64,000 bases of DNA from NCBI GenBank assembly GCA_964016885.1, contig OZ024740.1, positions 291,648,001 through 291,712,000 on the forward strand. Direction: 5' to 3'. The DNA comes from Eledone cirrhosa (taxonomy: Eukaryota). The translations under genes were made by a program, and so were the position numbers. The notes beneath the pieces are model-generated. The model saw only the letters and a list, made by a program, of their open reading frames with translations. It did no database searches and was not told where the DNA came from. The first letter of the stretch is position 1. The number at the start of each line of letters is the position of its first letter. Shown here piece after piece: positions 1 to 11,932 of the stretch.

Positions 1-544
1 AGAAAATAAAACTTATATTAGTAGAAACATAACACTCACTGCTTTCTTTTGTTTTTTGTTTTGTTTGTTGTTTTATCTCAACTGAAATTCACACAAAAGC
101 ATGTGACTTTGTACTATAAATAGACACTGTCTATACCATTGTTGGTGTTGACACAATTTGTGTCCCATGAAATTAGTATGGTAGAAAACAAATGACAAAA
201 TACTGGAGTGATTTTAAATGATTTAATCAGATGTGAATTTTAACAACACACAAATAACAAAACAATGATGTAATGTGATGGCTTTAAGCACGTTTTAACT
301 AATTATTAATTTTTAGTTTCAATCAGGTTTTTCTATTTAACAAATTCAGTTAAAACTTAGACATTATTTTCCCTGCATATGCATAGCTCCCTGTTTAGGA
401 TACTGGTGACTCATCATTTCAAATACTCATCATTTGCCATTGAAACTGAGATATTTACTTCACTGCTGTTTATGTTGAAGATCTAATTCCTTCATTAAAA
501 CCACTCACGTGTGACTGACTAACTCTTTCAATAACACTGGAATT

Positions 545-876
545 TAAAGAATTCGAAGTTTGAAAGCCACAACAATGTGAATTGGACGAGTAAATAATTA
601 AGTCATAAGAAATGAGGAGTGTTTTTGTTTACCTTAATTTATTTATATGTCCTGATATTTCAAGATTAATATCTCTTTTTCCGAGGAAAATAAAGGAACT
701 ATTCCAGTGTCCGATGCAGCTTTATTTTCCTCAGAAGAAAAGAAACTAATCTCGAAACTAATATCAGGACATATGAATAAATTAAGGTAAAAAAAAAAAC
801 ACTCCTCGTTTCTTACCACTTAATTATTTACTCATTCAATTCACATTGTAGTGGCTTTCAAACTTCGAATTCTTTA
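545..876. mobile_element. Fold-back element (~150 bp arms, 24 bp spacer) with degenerate hammerhead-like motif in each arm; probable Penelope-like pLTR pair
   Basis: taaagaattcgaagtttgaaagccac (545) is the reverse complement of gtggctttcaaacttcgaattcttta (876). Right arm reads tcct-CAGAAGA-aaaga..tctc-GAAAC-taat-ATC-agga, then AATAAA. Confidence 0.65.
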
Positions 877-1326
877 TACCATATACAATGCTTCAAGTAA
901 ACTACAAATTCCTACTTGGATTTTTATTTCACCTTCTGCATACAGACAACTTCACTCACTCTCATTTAAGGGTTAATCTGCCCCATAGTCTCAGCAGACA
1001 GAATGGAGAAAATGCTGCCTTGGTGGCTAGCAAGGGAGATGCATTAGGATTAAGCATTCCAACTGGCAGGGCTTACTCCTGCAGATGACCAACTCCATTC
1101 CTATATCATTGACATATCATTGACATTATTGTCTATATTTGTCAACTTAGTAGATGTTTTGGTCATCTACATCTACAGTAATCTTGAGGTTGTTTTTCAA
1201 AAAGGATGTCTTTTTTCACTGTCATCAGGTCGGTTTGTGATGTATCATTTAAGATGATACTAAGGAGTTGTCAGTGAGTATTATACACGGGAGAGTTTTT
1301 TCCAGGAATTCATTGCCCATAATTAG

Positions 1327-1455
1327 GAGTGTATATTATATATAAGTGCATATTATATATGAGTGCATATTATATATAAGTGTATATTATATATGAGTGT
1401 ATATTATATATGAGTGTATATTATATATGAGTGTATATTATATATAAGTATATAT
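1327..1455. repeat. 18-bp minisatellite (gagtgtatattatatat-type), left part, interrupted by an RTE LINE
   Basis: Tandem units visible; the array resumes at 3382-3525. Confidence 0.85.
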
Positions 1456-3381
1456 GTCACCCGGATAGTAAACCAAGTCATACAGAATGGGGTCATTCCG
1501 AAAGACTGGCGTGGCAGCATCCTCATTAACTGCTACAAGGGTAAAGGAGATGCCCTAGATAGGGGTAACTATAGAGGCATTAAATTTATCGACCAGGTCA
1601 TGAAGGTCACAGAAAAAGTAATAGCACAACTAATCAGAGAACGAATTGATCTAGATGAAATGCAGTTCGGGTTTGTGTCAGGTAAAAGTACCACAGACGC
1701 TCTTTTTATTGTACGACAACTACAGGAGAAGTACCTATCTAAAAGTAAACCCCTATACTTAGCTTTTGTTGACTTGGAGAAAGCCTTTGACAGAGTCCCC
1801 CGCTCGATTATCTGGTGGGCTCTTAGAAAACTTGGTGTTGATGAATGGCTTGTGAGAGCTATACAAGCCATGTATAAAGAAACAGACGGCAAGGTTAGAA
1901 TTAACAACAAATATAGTGAAGAGTTTAGCGTAAAAGTTGGTGTTCATCAGGGCTCCGTCCTTAGCCCCCTACTATTTATTATTGCCCTTCAGGCTATAAC
2001 AGAGGAGTTCAAGACCAGCTGCCCATGGGAACTCCTATACGCAGATGATCTAACGCTCATAGCTGAATCAATGGCTGAACTAGAGAAGAAATTCCAAACA
2101 TGGAAGCATGGCCTAGAATCAAAAGGCCTTAAAATTAACCTGTCTAAGACTAAAGTTCTAGTTTGTAGGAAGGAAAATAGGGCACCGGTCCCATCTGGGA
2201 AATGTCCATGCTCAGTGTGTAGGAAAGGAGTACACAGAAACTCCATTTTATGTCCCAAATGCAAAGTATGGGTGCATAAAAGATGTAGTAGGATCACAGG
2301 TAAGCTAACTAAGAATATAGATTTTATATGTGGCCGGTGCTCTGGTGCAATAAGTAGCAGCAAGTGCCCACAGAATACTAGCTCATTCCATTGCACAGAT
2401 GGTTCTATAGAAATAGTGGACACCTTCCGTTACTTGGGTGACAAAATCAGCAGTGGTGGAGGGTGCTCTGAAAGTACAGTAGCTAGAGTCAGAACTGGAT
2501 GGAAAAAATTCAGAGAGCTTATACCACTATTAGCCGCTAAAGGGTTCTCTCTAAAAATGAAAGGCAGGCTGTATGATGCCTGCATACGAACAGCAATGTT
2601 ACATGGCAGTGAGACCTGGGCATTGTGTGCAGAGGATATACGCAGACTGGAGAGGAACGAAGCTTGTATGCTCCGCTGGATGTGTAATAGTAATATACGT
2701 GAACGGCAAAGCATAAACGAACTAAGGGAAAAATTAGAAATAAGAGGGATCAGATGTTGTTTGCTCGAGAGAAGACTACGTTGGTACAGTCACGTGATGT
2801 GCATGAAAGACGACAGCTGTATAAAAAAGTACAGGGCGATAAAAATAGACGGTAGCCACGGAGTAGGCAGACCAAGAAAAACCTGGGACAACTGATAAAT
2901 TCCGACCTCACACACTTACACCTCTCCAAGACAATGTCACTGGACCGAGATCTTTGGCTCTACACAGTAATACAGAAGACCCGCCTTGCCTAAGTACAAA
3001 GCGAAACCTACAGTCAGTAGGCACCTCTAACAAAAATACACCCCGTCCCACTACCCCCACCCCATCCACACCACCCCTTTCAATGTAAAGTTATGTTGGT
3101 ACCACAACATCCAGTCCGAAACAAATGAGGTCGTGTAGGTGTCACGACAAAAAAAACACACAGTCCACGCTGTAATGTGGCCATGTAGCTAACACGGTAA
3201 AAACCTCCCAGTCCACACTGTAAATGTGGTTGGTGTTAGGAAGGGCATCCAGCCATAGAAAACCCACCAGACAGTCCTATACGAGCAAGACAACCAATCT
3301 TGCCTCAAGTAGAAAAATTCCCGTCCAAACCCATGCAAGCATGGAAGATGGACGTTAAACGATGATGATGATGATGATGAT
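1456..3381 (+). mobile_element. 5'-truncated RTE-clade LINE (RT with embedded PHD finger, 3' UTR, (GAT)n tail)
   Basis: ORF 1414-2895 has NYRGI, FVDLEKAFD, GVHQGSVLSP, LLYADD, YLG and GRPRKTW motifs; ends ggacgttaaac(gat)n. The first 14 aa of the ORF come from the minisatellite. Confidence 0.95.
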
Positions 3382-3525
3382 ATTATATATGAGTGCATAT
3401 TATATATAAGTGCATATTATATACGAGTGTACATTTAATACGAGAGCATGTTATATATGAGATCATATTATATATGGGTGGATATTATATACGAGTGTAT
3501 ATTATATACAAGTGTATATTATACT
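3382..3525. repeat. 18-bp minisatellite, right part
   Basis: Same unit as 1327-1455. Confidence 0.8.
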
Positions 3526-3534
3526 TGAAAAAAA

Positions 3535-3737
3535 AGGGTGGTAGATTGGCAGTCAATGTTTAGTGGTATTTGTTCTGGCTCTTTACATTGTGTGTTGAAA
3601 TCCTGCTGAGGTTAACTTAGCCTTCCATCATTCCAGGGCTGATAAAATAAAGTGCCAGTAAAGAACTGGGATTGATATAATCAACGTTACCCTCCTTACG
3701 AAATTGCTGGCCTTGTGCCTAAATTAGAAATCATTAT
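3535..3737 (+). mobile_element. tRNA-derived SINE with Nin-like central domain (diverged)
   Basis: ggcagtcaat..gttgaaatcc boxes; gccttccatcattccagggctgataaaataaagtgccag core. Confidence 0.75.
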
Positions 3738-3832
3738 ACTGGAATCTATATGGTATAGAGAAAGGTTATCTGTGGTTCCTTTTATAGAAGATATGTAGAA
3801 AAACCTGAACCCAAATACTCTAAAAAGAAAAA

Positions 3833-4054
3833 TAATGGTTTTTAATTTAGGTACAAGACTGGTGATTTGTGGGGAAGGGAAATTTGATCACATCAACTCT
3901 AGTATTTGACTGGTACTTTGTTTTATCGACCCCAGATGGATGAAAGGAAAAGTTGACCTCGAACGGGATTTGAACTCAGAACATAGGAAGTTGTAACTAA
4001 ATATCGTTAAGCATGTTGTCGGACGCTCTACCAATTCTGTCAATCGACCGCCCT
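3833..4054 (-). mobile_element. tRNA-derived Nin-like SINE
   Basis: Reverse of GAGTTCAAATCC B box and cctttcatcc..gggtcgataaaa core. Confidence 0.8.
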
Positions 4055-4271
4055 AAAAGTAAATAAAGCACTTTTAAGGCATAAAATAATCACTGTATTT
4101 TATCTAAAATTCTTGTGGCAGTTCAAGTGGTTTTGTTACCAACAAAATCTTTAATCATGACAACTCTCAATTTTCAGCTCCTGTATATCTAGATTATTAC
4201 AACTAAGAAAAATAACAGTATTCTGTGCAAATAACCTACTATAACTAATGATTCAAACATTAAACCTCAAT

Positions 4272-4607
4272 TTCTTCTTCTTCTTCTTCTTCTTCTTCTT
4301 CTTCTTCTTCTTCTTCTTCTTCTTCTTCTTCTTCTTCTTCTTCTTCTTCTTCTTCTTCTTCTTCTTCTTCTTCTTCCTTTTCACCATCATATTCCTGAGA
4401 GGATCGTAGTGGCAGATTCCTCAAACACTCCTTCCAACAGGTCCTGTCAGAACCAACCATCTCCAACTGCTCCAGCTGGATTCCCAAGCGAGACCAGCCA
4501 AGCTCATGGAAGTTAATCAACCATCTTGCTTGGGGTCTAGCCTTGGGTGTCCTGCTGGTTGGTTTAAAATCTGTCCAGCAATTCTTTCCTGAGACATTCT
4601 AACCACT
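4272..4607 (-). mobile_element. 3' end of an RTE-like LINE with (GAA)n tail
   Basis: Minus frame LGWSRLGIQLEQLEMVGSDRTCWK; same family at 58950-59330; long (TTC)n on + strand. Confidence 0.75.
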
Positions 4608-4960
4608 TAAATATCATGGCTTCTTATTGACTGACAACTTCTTACTATACCTATTATTATAACTGGAAATACTTTTTTGTTTTATATTTTTAAAATATAT
4701 TTCTGTAAAGTGTCTCTTTAACAAAGTGACACACATAACATGAATATCTACATCTCAGTAAAGCTGGAAAGGATTGTCTGAATTTCAATTGTCACTGACA
4801 CCTATCTTAGGTCAGTAGCTTGCAAAATAATATTTCCTTGGTTATTTCCTTAAGAATCTTGTTCTATTTTGAATGGAGATACAATGTTAATAATTGGACA
4901 AATTTACTGAAACAAACTGGATTGTTAAATTAGTCTTTTATAGGTTTTATGCAAAATTGT

Positions 4961-5405
4961 AATAATAGTTTCTACTTTTTTGGCACAAGGCCAGCAATTA
5001 CCCAGTACAATACTGGTACTTTATTTTATCGACCCCGTGAGGATGAAAGGCAAAGTTAACCTCGGCGGGATTTGAACTCAGATCGTTAAGGGAAGTAACT
5101 ATGCTGGAAAGCATGTCTGACCCTCTACCGATACTGCCAATCCACCGCAAAATTGTAATAATTGTTTCTACTTTTGCAACAAGGCCAGCAATTATCCCAG
5201 TGTATTACTGGTACTTTATTTTATCGACCCCGTAGGGATGAAAGGCAAAGTTAACATCAGCGGGATTTGAACTCAGACCATAAAGGGCCATAACTCTTTG
5301 CTGCAAAGCATGGCATCTGACCTTCTACCGATACTGCCAATACACCGCAAAATTGTAATAATGGTTTCTGATTTGTGTAATAATTGTTTCTACTTTTGGA
5401 ACAAG
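4961..5405 (-). mobile_element. Two tandem Nin-like SINEs plus a short 3'-end fragment
   Basis: Two ~190 bp copies separated and flanked by caaaattgtaataat. Confidence 0.85.
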
Positions 5406-5813
5406 GTGACATCTAGTAAGTTATGAGAAAGTTATCTTTAGCCATGGTGAAATATATAAAAGTATCTGATTTTTCAGGAAATACAACTAAGACATACAGG
5501 AAATTTAACTACATACGTAGGTGTTCTCATGCGTTTAAAAGATTAGTTTTCACATGTCATCACAATTCAAACTAAAATACCATATACAGTAACATGAAAT
5601 CATTACATTCAGTTGATAAAACATTTTGTCAAATATGTGGACTTTCTTAACTGCCTGTCTTTTGAATATATAACCAGCATGACCAAGAAATCTGGACACT
5701 CTTAGTTTTTGATATTCACATTAAATTCTCCCCCCTCTTTTTCTCTCACTTTATATATATTAATTCAAATTCTCCCTCCTCTTTCTCTCCCTCTCTTTAT
5801 ATATATATTAACA

Positions 5814-5897
5814 AGTTTGTTGAGCAGATTGGGCAGGAGTTGGGTCATTAACATTAACATGGATCCTGAGCCACCTATCTGTGAAAAAGTTGTAACT
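5814..5897 (+). ncRNA. Degenerate type-I hammerhead motif between (TA)n tracts
   Basis: agt-TTGTTGA-gcagat..cagg...cctg..atctgt-GAAA-aagtt-GTA-act, then AATAAA; stem II ends match the motif at 63034-63125. Confidence 0.45.
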
Positions 5898-5942
5898 ATG
5901 TATAATCAATAAAGACCTTAATGTGAAACCTAGTTTTGTTCT

Positions 5943-5980
<38 letters not shown>

Positions 5981-5982
5981 TT

Positions 5983-7250
5983 ATATTCTTGGTGAGACAA
6001 TTGCAAGAAAGGTTCTTAGAGAAAAATAAGCCACTATACTTAGCCTTTGTTGACCTAGAGAAGGCCTTTGATAGGGTACCCCGATCTGTCATCTGGTGGT
6101 CCCTAAGGAAACTAGGTGTAAAGGAATGGCTTGTGAGGACAGTGCAAACTTTGTACAGAGGTACTCTCAGTAAAGTCAGGGTAGGAATGGAGTTTAATGA
6201 GGAATTCCAGATACAAGGAGTACATCAAGGTTCGGTCCTCAGCCCGCTCTTGTTCATTATAGTCCTCCAAGCCATAACAGAGGAGTTTAAGACTGGCTGT
6301 CCATGGGAACTTCTCTATGCTGACCATCTGGTTCTTATAGCAGAATCAGTAGAGGAGCTAGAGAATAAATTCTGGCTATAGAAACAGCAGTTGGAAGCAA
6401 GAGGACTGAGAGTGAACCTAGCTAAGACAAAAGTGTTGATGAGTAGAAAAGAGGACAAAACTCTGATTCCGTCAGAGTTCGATATGCAGAAAAGGAACTG
6501 GCATAAATTCTATAAAATGCACACAATGCAGATCCTGGGTACACAAGAGATGTAGCGGGATAGCAGGCAAACTAACAGGTAGGGAGAAATATGTATGCAG
6601 TAGATGTACAGGGAAATTAGACAGTAGAAGTTGCATTGATAGACACATTTTTCAAATGCAGGAGGGTGCTATAGAAGTGGTGGATAGCTTCCAGTACCTA
6701 GGAGATCAGATTAGCATGGGAGGACGGGTTGGAAGAAATTTAGGGAGCTGCTTCCTCTGCTGACGAAGAAGGGTTTCTCCCTGCATACGAAAGGCAGGTT
6801 GTATGATGCCTGTGTGAGGAGCGCGGTGCTGCATGGTAGTGAGACATGGGCAGCAACTGCAGAGGATATGCGACGGCTGGAGAGAAATGAGGCAAGCATG
6901 CTCCATTGGGTGTGCAGTATAAATGTGCGTGAACGACCAAGCATGAATGTGTTGAGAGAGAAACTGTGTCTGAGAGGGATAGAATGTAGTGTGCGGGAGA
7001 GGAGACTGAGGTGGTATGGACATGTGATGCGCATGGAGGATGACCGATGGGTGAAGAAGTGCCAGGAAATGCCAGTTGAAGGAAGACGTGGTAGAGGTAG
7101 ACCACGAAAAACATGGGCGGAGGTGGTGAGAACAGACCTCAGATCGTTGAAGCTCACGGTGGAGATGACGAAGGACTGTGCTGAATAAGACCCGTCCCAC
7201 CCTTGCGAGCAGGGAAGAGCGGACGTAAAATGATGATGATGATGATGATG
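5983..7250 (+). mobile_element. 5'-truncated degenerate RTE LINE (second subfamily)
   Basis: LAFVDLEKAFDRVPR, GVHQGSVLSP, YADH, LHGSETW, RGRGRPRKTW with stops and deletions; (GAT)n tail. Confidence 0.92.
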
Positions 7251-7291
<41 letters not shown>

Positions 7292-7420
7292 GAAGTTCTA
7301 TTTAAATTGTTGGGATACAACAAGCAAATATTTTTATAACTGATATAAAGCACTCAACAAATATTTGGAGTAAAAATACGATATATTAACAAATGGAAAC
7401 TATATTTATAAAACCATATT

Positions 7421-7485
7421 TATTTCATTATACATATTTCAAGGACACAAAGTTAAATTATGGTGTGCTTTCATCAGATAAAATA
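7421..7485 (-). ncRNA. Type-I hammerhead ribozyme (mirror copy)
   Basis: Reverse complement of 7624-7688. Confidence 0.8.
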
Positions 7486-7623
7486 TAATATAGATCAGTT
7501 TTATAAATAAATATTGACTACCCTTAAAGAATGCGACCATTTCTGTTGGAAGCAATTTCCAACAGAAATGGTCGCATTCTTTAAGGGTATGTCAATATTT
7601 ATTTATAAAACTGATCTATATTA

Positions 7624-7688
7624 TATTTTATCTGATGAAAGCACACCATAATTTAACTTTGTGTCCTTGAAATATGTATAATGAAATA
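7624..7688 (+). ncRNA. Type-I hammerhead ribozyme
   Basis: tattttat-CTGATGA-aagcacac[14 nt]gtgtcctt-GAAAT-atgt-ATA|atgaaata: intact core, stems I and II pair. Confidence 0.8.
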
Positions 7689-7832
7689 AATATGGTTTTA
7701 TAAATATAGTTTCCATTTGTTAATATATCGTATATATATATATTATTAACACCATCAACATTGTTTTACATGTTTTCCTTGCTCGATGGGTTATCACATT
7801 CTGAGACTAGACAGGTCACATGACCACAACCT

Positions 7833-7888
7833 GCTCATCCAATCCAGTCTGGCATGGTTTCTACCATGCCAGACTGGATTGGATGAGC
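7833..7888. repeat. Perfect 26-bp stem, 4-nt loop hairpin inside an RTE-tail-derived repeat
   Basis: gctcatccaatccagtctggcatggt-ttct-accatgccagactggattggatgagc. Confidence 0.9.
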
Positions 7889-8384
7889 TAATACCATAGA
7901 AACAGCATGTATTAAGTGCATTTTACAGATTGGGCTGGGTGCATTTTATCGTGGCACTGGCACTACCATTTTACAGAGTTGACTGGGTGTGTTTCATTGT
8001 GTCATCAGTGTCATCAGTTGCTGAGTGTACTTTGTGTCCTCAACTGGACAAGGAGAGTATATGACAGGAAGAAATGAGAGGGCAAGAGATGTGTGCATGA
8101 CAAAAGTGGCAGTCCTCAACCAGGCAGGGAGGGAGAGGAAGTGATGAGAGGATGGGTGTGGCTGCTACAAATTGCTTATTGTGAAAACCATCAGGCAAGA
8201 AAGAGTGGAAAGGAGAGAGAGAGAGAGTTAGAGCAGGCTGTAGAGATGACCTTAAAAAGAGAGGGTGATTGGTGTAGGGTGTGAGGGAGGGAGGAAGTGG
8301 AGACAAAGAGAGAGAAGTCAATCCATAAGATTGGTGGGTAGATACAGGCCAAGATATTTTATATTTTATGCAGGCAATTTTTTC

Positions 8385-8950
8385 TATTTCTAGGGTGGGT
8401 AAAATTCCCGAGATCCATGGATGAGTTCTCTCCAGCGGTCTCTGTCCCTCATTATCTCTGCCATGTCCTGCGTCTCCAAGAGACCAGTGTCTGTCCTTAG
8501 GGCATCAACATACGTTAACCTTGGTCTTCCTCTTCCAGTGTGTCCATGTAGGGGCTCCCACAGGAGCACTGAGAGCAATGTCAACTCTGAATGTCGGTGA
8601 GCATGTCCAGCTAACCTCAGTCTCCTCTGTGTCACTTTTGAGCTGACTTTTGGGAGGCTCCCATACAGCTCTGAGTTTTTCATCCTCAGTGTATACTGAT
8701 TAATGTTCAGAGCCATCCTCAGCATTCTCGTGTAGCACCCATCCACCATCTGAATGAGTTTCTTGGTCAGTGTCCAAGTCTCAGACCCGTACAGCAGCAC
8801 AGACTCCACTACAGCAATGAAGAGGCAGATTTTCAGGTCTTTACGAAGGTCCGACTTCCACACCGATCTCAAGCTATGGCATGCCACCCAGGCTTTGCTC
8901 TTCCTCTCAACCACATCATCTTCCGTATTCCCAATCTTTGCTCCCAATAT
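8385..8950 (-). mobile_element. 3' fragment of an RTE/RTEX-type LINE ORF
   Basis: KSKAWVACHSL..VESVLLYGSETWTLT..RRLRLAGH..GRGRPRLTY. Confidence 0.85.
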
Positions 8951-9672
8951 CATATTTAAATAACAAGGGTATAGGGAAAGAGTGAAGAGAGAGAGGAGCC
9001 TTATTGGTGGGAAACCTAAATGTCCATATACCTCAACTTCTACACAATAATCTTTTCCATGCACATCTCATGGGAGAGCGGGTCTTTTAAAGTATGGTAG
9101 CTCGCCAGTCACCTTGATCATGTGTCATCTCCTCTTCTCAGCCCTTTTTGGCATGGTTTCTACAGCGAGAAGCCCTTCCTAACATTAACCACTTTACAGA
9201 GTGTACTGGGTGTTTTTTCATCATATTGCTAGTTTTTAATGGGCCTGGTTAAAGCTGAAATGCTTTTGATCATAGATCCTCTTGAACAAGATTGACCTGG
9301 GACTAAACAACAACAAAACAGTATCTTGAACAGTTGAAGATAGTGGCCAGAGATTGTTTCATTTATGACAACTATTATACCTAAAAAACACAGCACTAAC
9401 AAACCAACAAAGAACTCTCTACATGATGGATCAACCTGCTAGAAATAACAACCATGTCCCCTTTGAATCACCCCCACCCCCCATCTTGGAAAAAAGGGAA
9501 AGTCACATCAGATAATGTAGTCACAGATAGACTACGTCTGAAAAGAGAATCATTGGGATGGTCACAATTGGAATGACTTTGATTTTAGGTCTGCTTCATC
9601 AGATCTGACCTGGGGCTTAACAACAGTACAACATTAAGAAATCCAGATGTTATAGTTTCATTTATATGTTGT

Positions 9673-10247
9673 TTAACCCTTTCATTACCATATTTCTAAT
9701 GAGAGACACTGTCCATGTCATTAAACTTTTCATTACCATCTTTCTAATGAAATACACCATCTATACCATTAACCCTTTCATTACCATATTTCTAATGAAA
9801 GACACTACCTATGTTATTTAACCCTTTCATTATCATATTTCTAATGAAATACACCATCTATACCATTAACCTTTCATTACCATATTTCCAATGAAAGACC
9901 CTACCTATGTTGTTTAACCTTTTCATTACCATATTTCTAATGAAAGACACTGTCTATACCATTAACCTTTCCTTACCATATTCCTAATGAAAGACACTGT
10001 CTATGTTGTTTAAACCTTTCATTACCATATTTCTAATGAAATACACTCAACTTTAATTCATTAATGAAGAATTTGAAGGATTTACTAAATTTATTAATTA
10101 TTTTGTTGCTAAGATAGTAACTTAACATATGGTTCTTATATAAAATTATGTAAGAAAATGTTAGTTTAAATAAGAACACTTTAAAATAGATGGTTTTGTT
10201 TCATAGAACCAGAGCTGGTTTGAGCCACGATGGTTTCAAAAGAGTTA
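9673..10247 (+). mobile_element. TTAA-bounded piggyBac-type MITE whose ~49-bp left end is tandemly amplified about 8 times
   Basis: ttaaccctttcattaccatatttctaatga.. units; right end caaaagagttaa; related reverse copies at 35560-35790 and ~58010-58082. Confidence 0.6.
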
Positions 10248-10285
10248 ACTATTTCTTACTCTCATAATTTCCATCTCTTTTTACA

Positions 10286-10470
10286 AATTTGTTCATCCTC
10301 TCCATTCTGCAGGGAAGGTCATAGCTATTAGAAGTGACTATATTTTGTTATTATCAATTTGTTCATCCTCTCCACTCTGTAGGGAGGGTCATGGCCATTA
10401 GAATTGACGATATTTCATTATCAATTTGTTCATCCTTTCCATTCTGCAGGAAGGGTCATAGCCATCAGCA
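10286..10470. repeat. Three-copy ~65-bp tandem repeat
   Basis: aatttgttcatcctctccattctgcagggaaggtcatagc repeated. Confidence 0.8.
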
Positions 10471-11199
10471 TTATCAATTTATCTCTATTCTTGGCTGTTT
10501 CTACAAAATCTAATATCACCACATATAAAATCTAACATACTTGTTTACTGCCCCTAAGAGAGAGAGAGAGGAGGAGTGAGGCAGAGAGAGAGGGGCTGAG
10601 AGAGAGGGAGAATAGGAGAGGGAGAGGGAGGCAGAGAGAAAGAGAGAGTAAGAACAAGCAAGAGAGGGAGAGAGAAGGAATGAGAGAGAAAGAGGGAGTG
10701 AGAGAGAGAGAGAGAGAAAGAGAGGGAGGGGCAGGGAGAGTGAAATTTAGAATTTTCAAACAGTTTCATTCAATCAAGATATGGAAGTGTTTATTCTACA
10801 TTCAGGAAATGTACTGAATACTTGTGGGAAAAGAGGGAAGACAGATGTTCACTGATTATGCATCATCATCATCATCAACATCATCATCATCATCGTTCGT
10901 CATCATCATCATCATCATTGTCATCATCATCATCATTATCATTTAATATCCATTTTCCATGCTAGCATGGGTTATACATGTAAATATATATTCAGCAAAA
11001 CTACAAGGGTTTTGAATGCAGCAACTTATATTTATTTCATCACATACTTTCTCAGTGACAAACTATTTACTAAATAGGAAGAAGCTTAGATACATTAAAT
11101 TAAAATTTTTATTCAATAAGAATGGGGAAAAGTTATTTTAATCACTTGGAAAACTCACAAAAACTGTTATATACAAGGTATCAATATTTACATGTTTTT

Positions 11200-11306
11200 T
11201 TATAATGGCTAAAATAGTATTTTAATGGCTAAAATGCATTTTAATGGCTAAAATGGTATTTTAATGTCTAAAATGATATTTTAATGGCTAAAACGGTATT
11301 TTAATG
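11200..11306. repeat. 20-bp minisatellite (ttttaatggctaaaatggta), about 5 copies
   Basis: Visible tandem units. Confidence 0.85.
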
Positions 11307-11366
11307 ATGTAATAGCTTCAGTTCAGTCTCAACACAATTTTAACTTCAATTGATTTTTTTCCCCCC

Positions 11367-11913
11367 TTAACCCTTTAGCATTTAAAACGGCCATATCCGA
11401 ACAGAATTCTCTTATCCCTTTCTGTCCACACTGGCTGTAACCAGCCGCTCATACTGATGTTAAGGTATTGTTCTCAAAATAAATAATATCAAAATCTAGA
11501 TTCGATAGTATGTGAGAGCATTGGCCTTGCAATCGAAAGGTTGTGAGTTCAATTCTTAGACTGGGTGATGTGTTGTTTCCTTGAGCAAGACACTTTATTT
11601 CACATTGCTCCAGTTTACTCAGCTGTAGAAATGAGATGATAGGGACTGGGTTCCCTATCATTCCACTGCAAAGTGGACGTGTAGGCGCCACGGCAAAAAA
11701 GCACCCAGCACTCACTGTAAATGAGGTTGGTGTTAGGAAGGGCATCCAGCTGTAGAAATCAAGCCAAAATCAGTTCCCGTCCCACCCTTGCAAGCAGGGA
11801 AGAGTGGACGTAAAATGAAATGATGATGATGATGATGATAATTGCGTAAGATAAAGCCTTCACCATGAAAATACAATAGTATCTATAGAGTAATGCAAAT
11901 GCTAAAGGGTTAA
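11367..11913 (+). mobile_element. piggyBac-type MITE (TTAA-CCCTTTAGCATTT ends) with nested tRNA-head/RTE-tail SINE (~11515-11840)
   Basis: ttaaccctttagcattt...aaatgctaaagggttaa; the uninterrupted copy at 41800-42021 lacks the insert. Confidence 0.8.
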
Positions 11914-11932
11914 ATATATTTTTTTTAATTGA

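Larger units (their letters stand above)
7290..7733. mobile_element. Near-perfect fold-back element (arms 7376-7551 and 7557-7733) with a hammerhead in each arm and a one-sided tail (7290-7375); Penelope-like pLTR pair
   Basis: Arms match except for one indel seen by eye; 5-nt loop gcaat; (TA)n on both sides. Confidence 0.85.

Noticed and set aside
4260-4520. Poly-Glu protein
   Set aside because: (GAA)n tail of a LINE fragment
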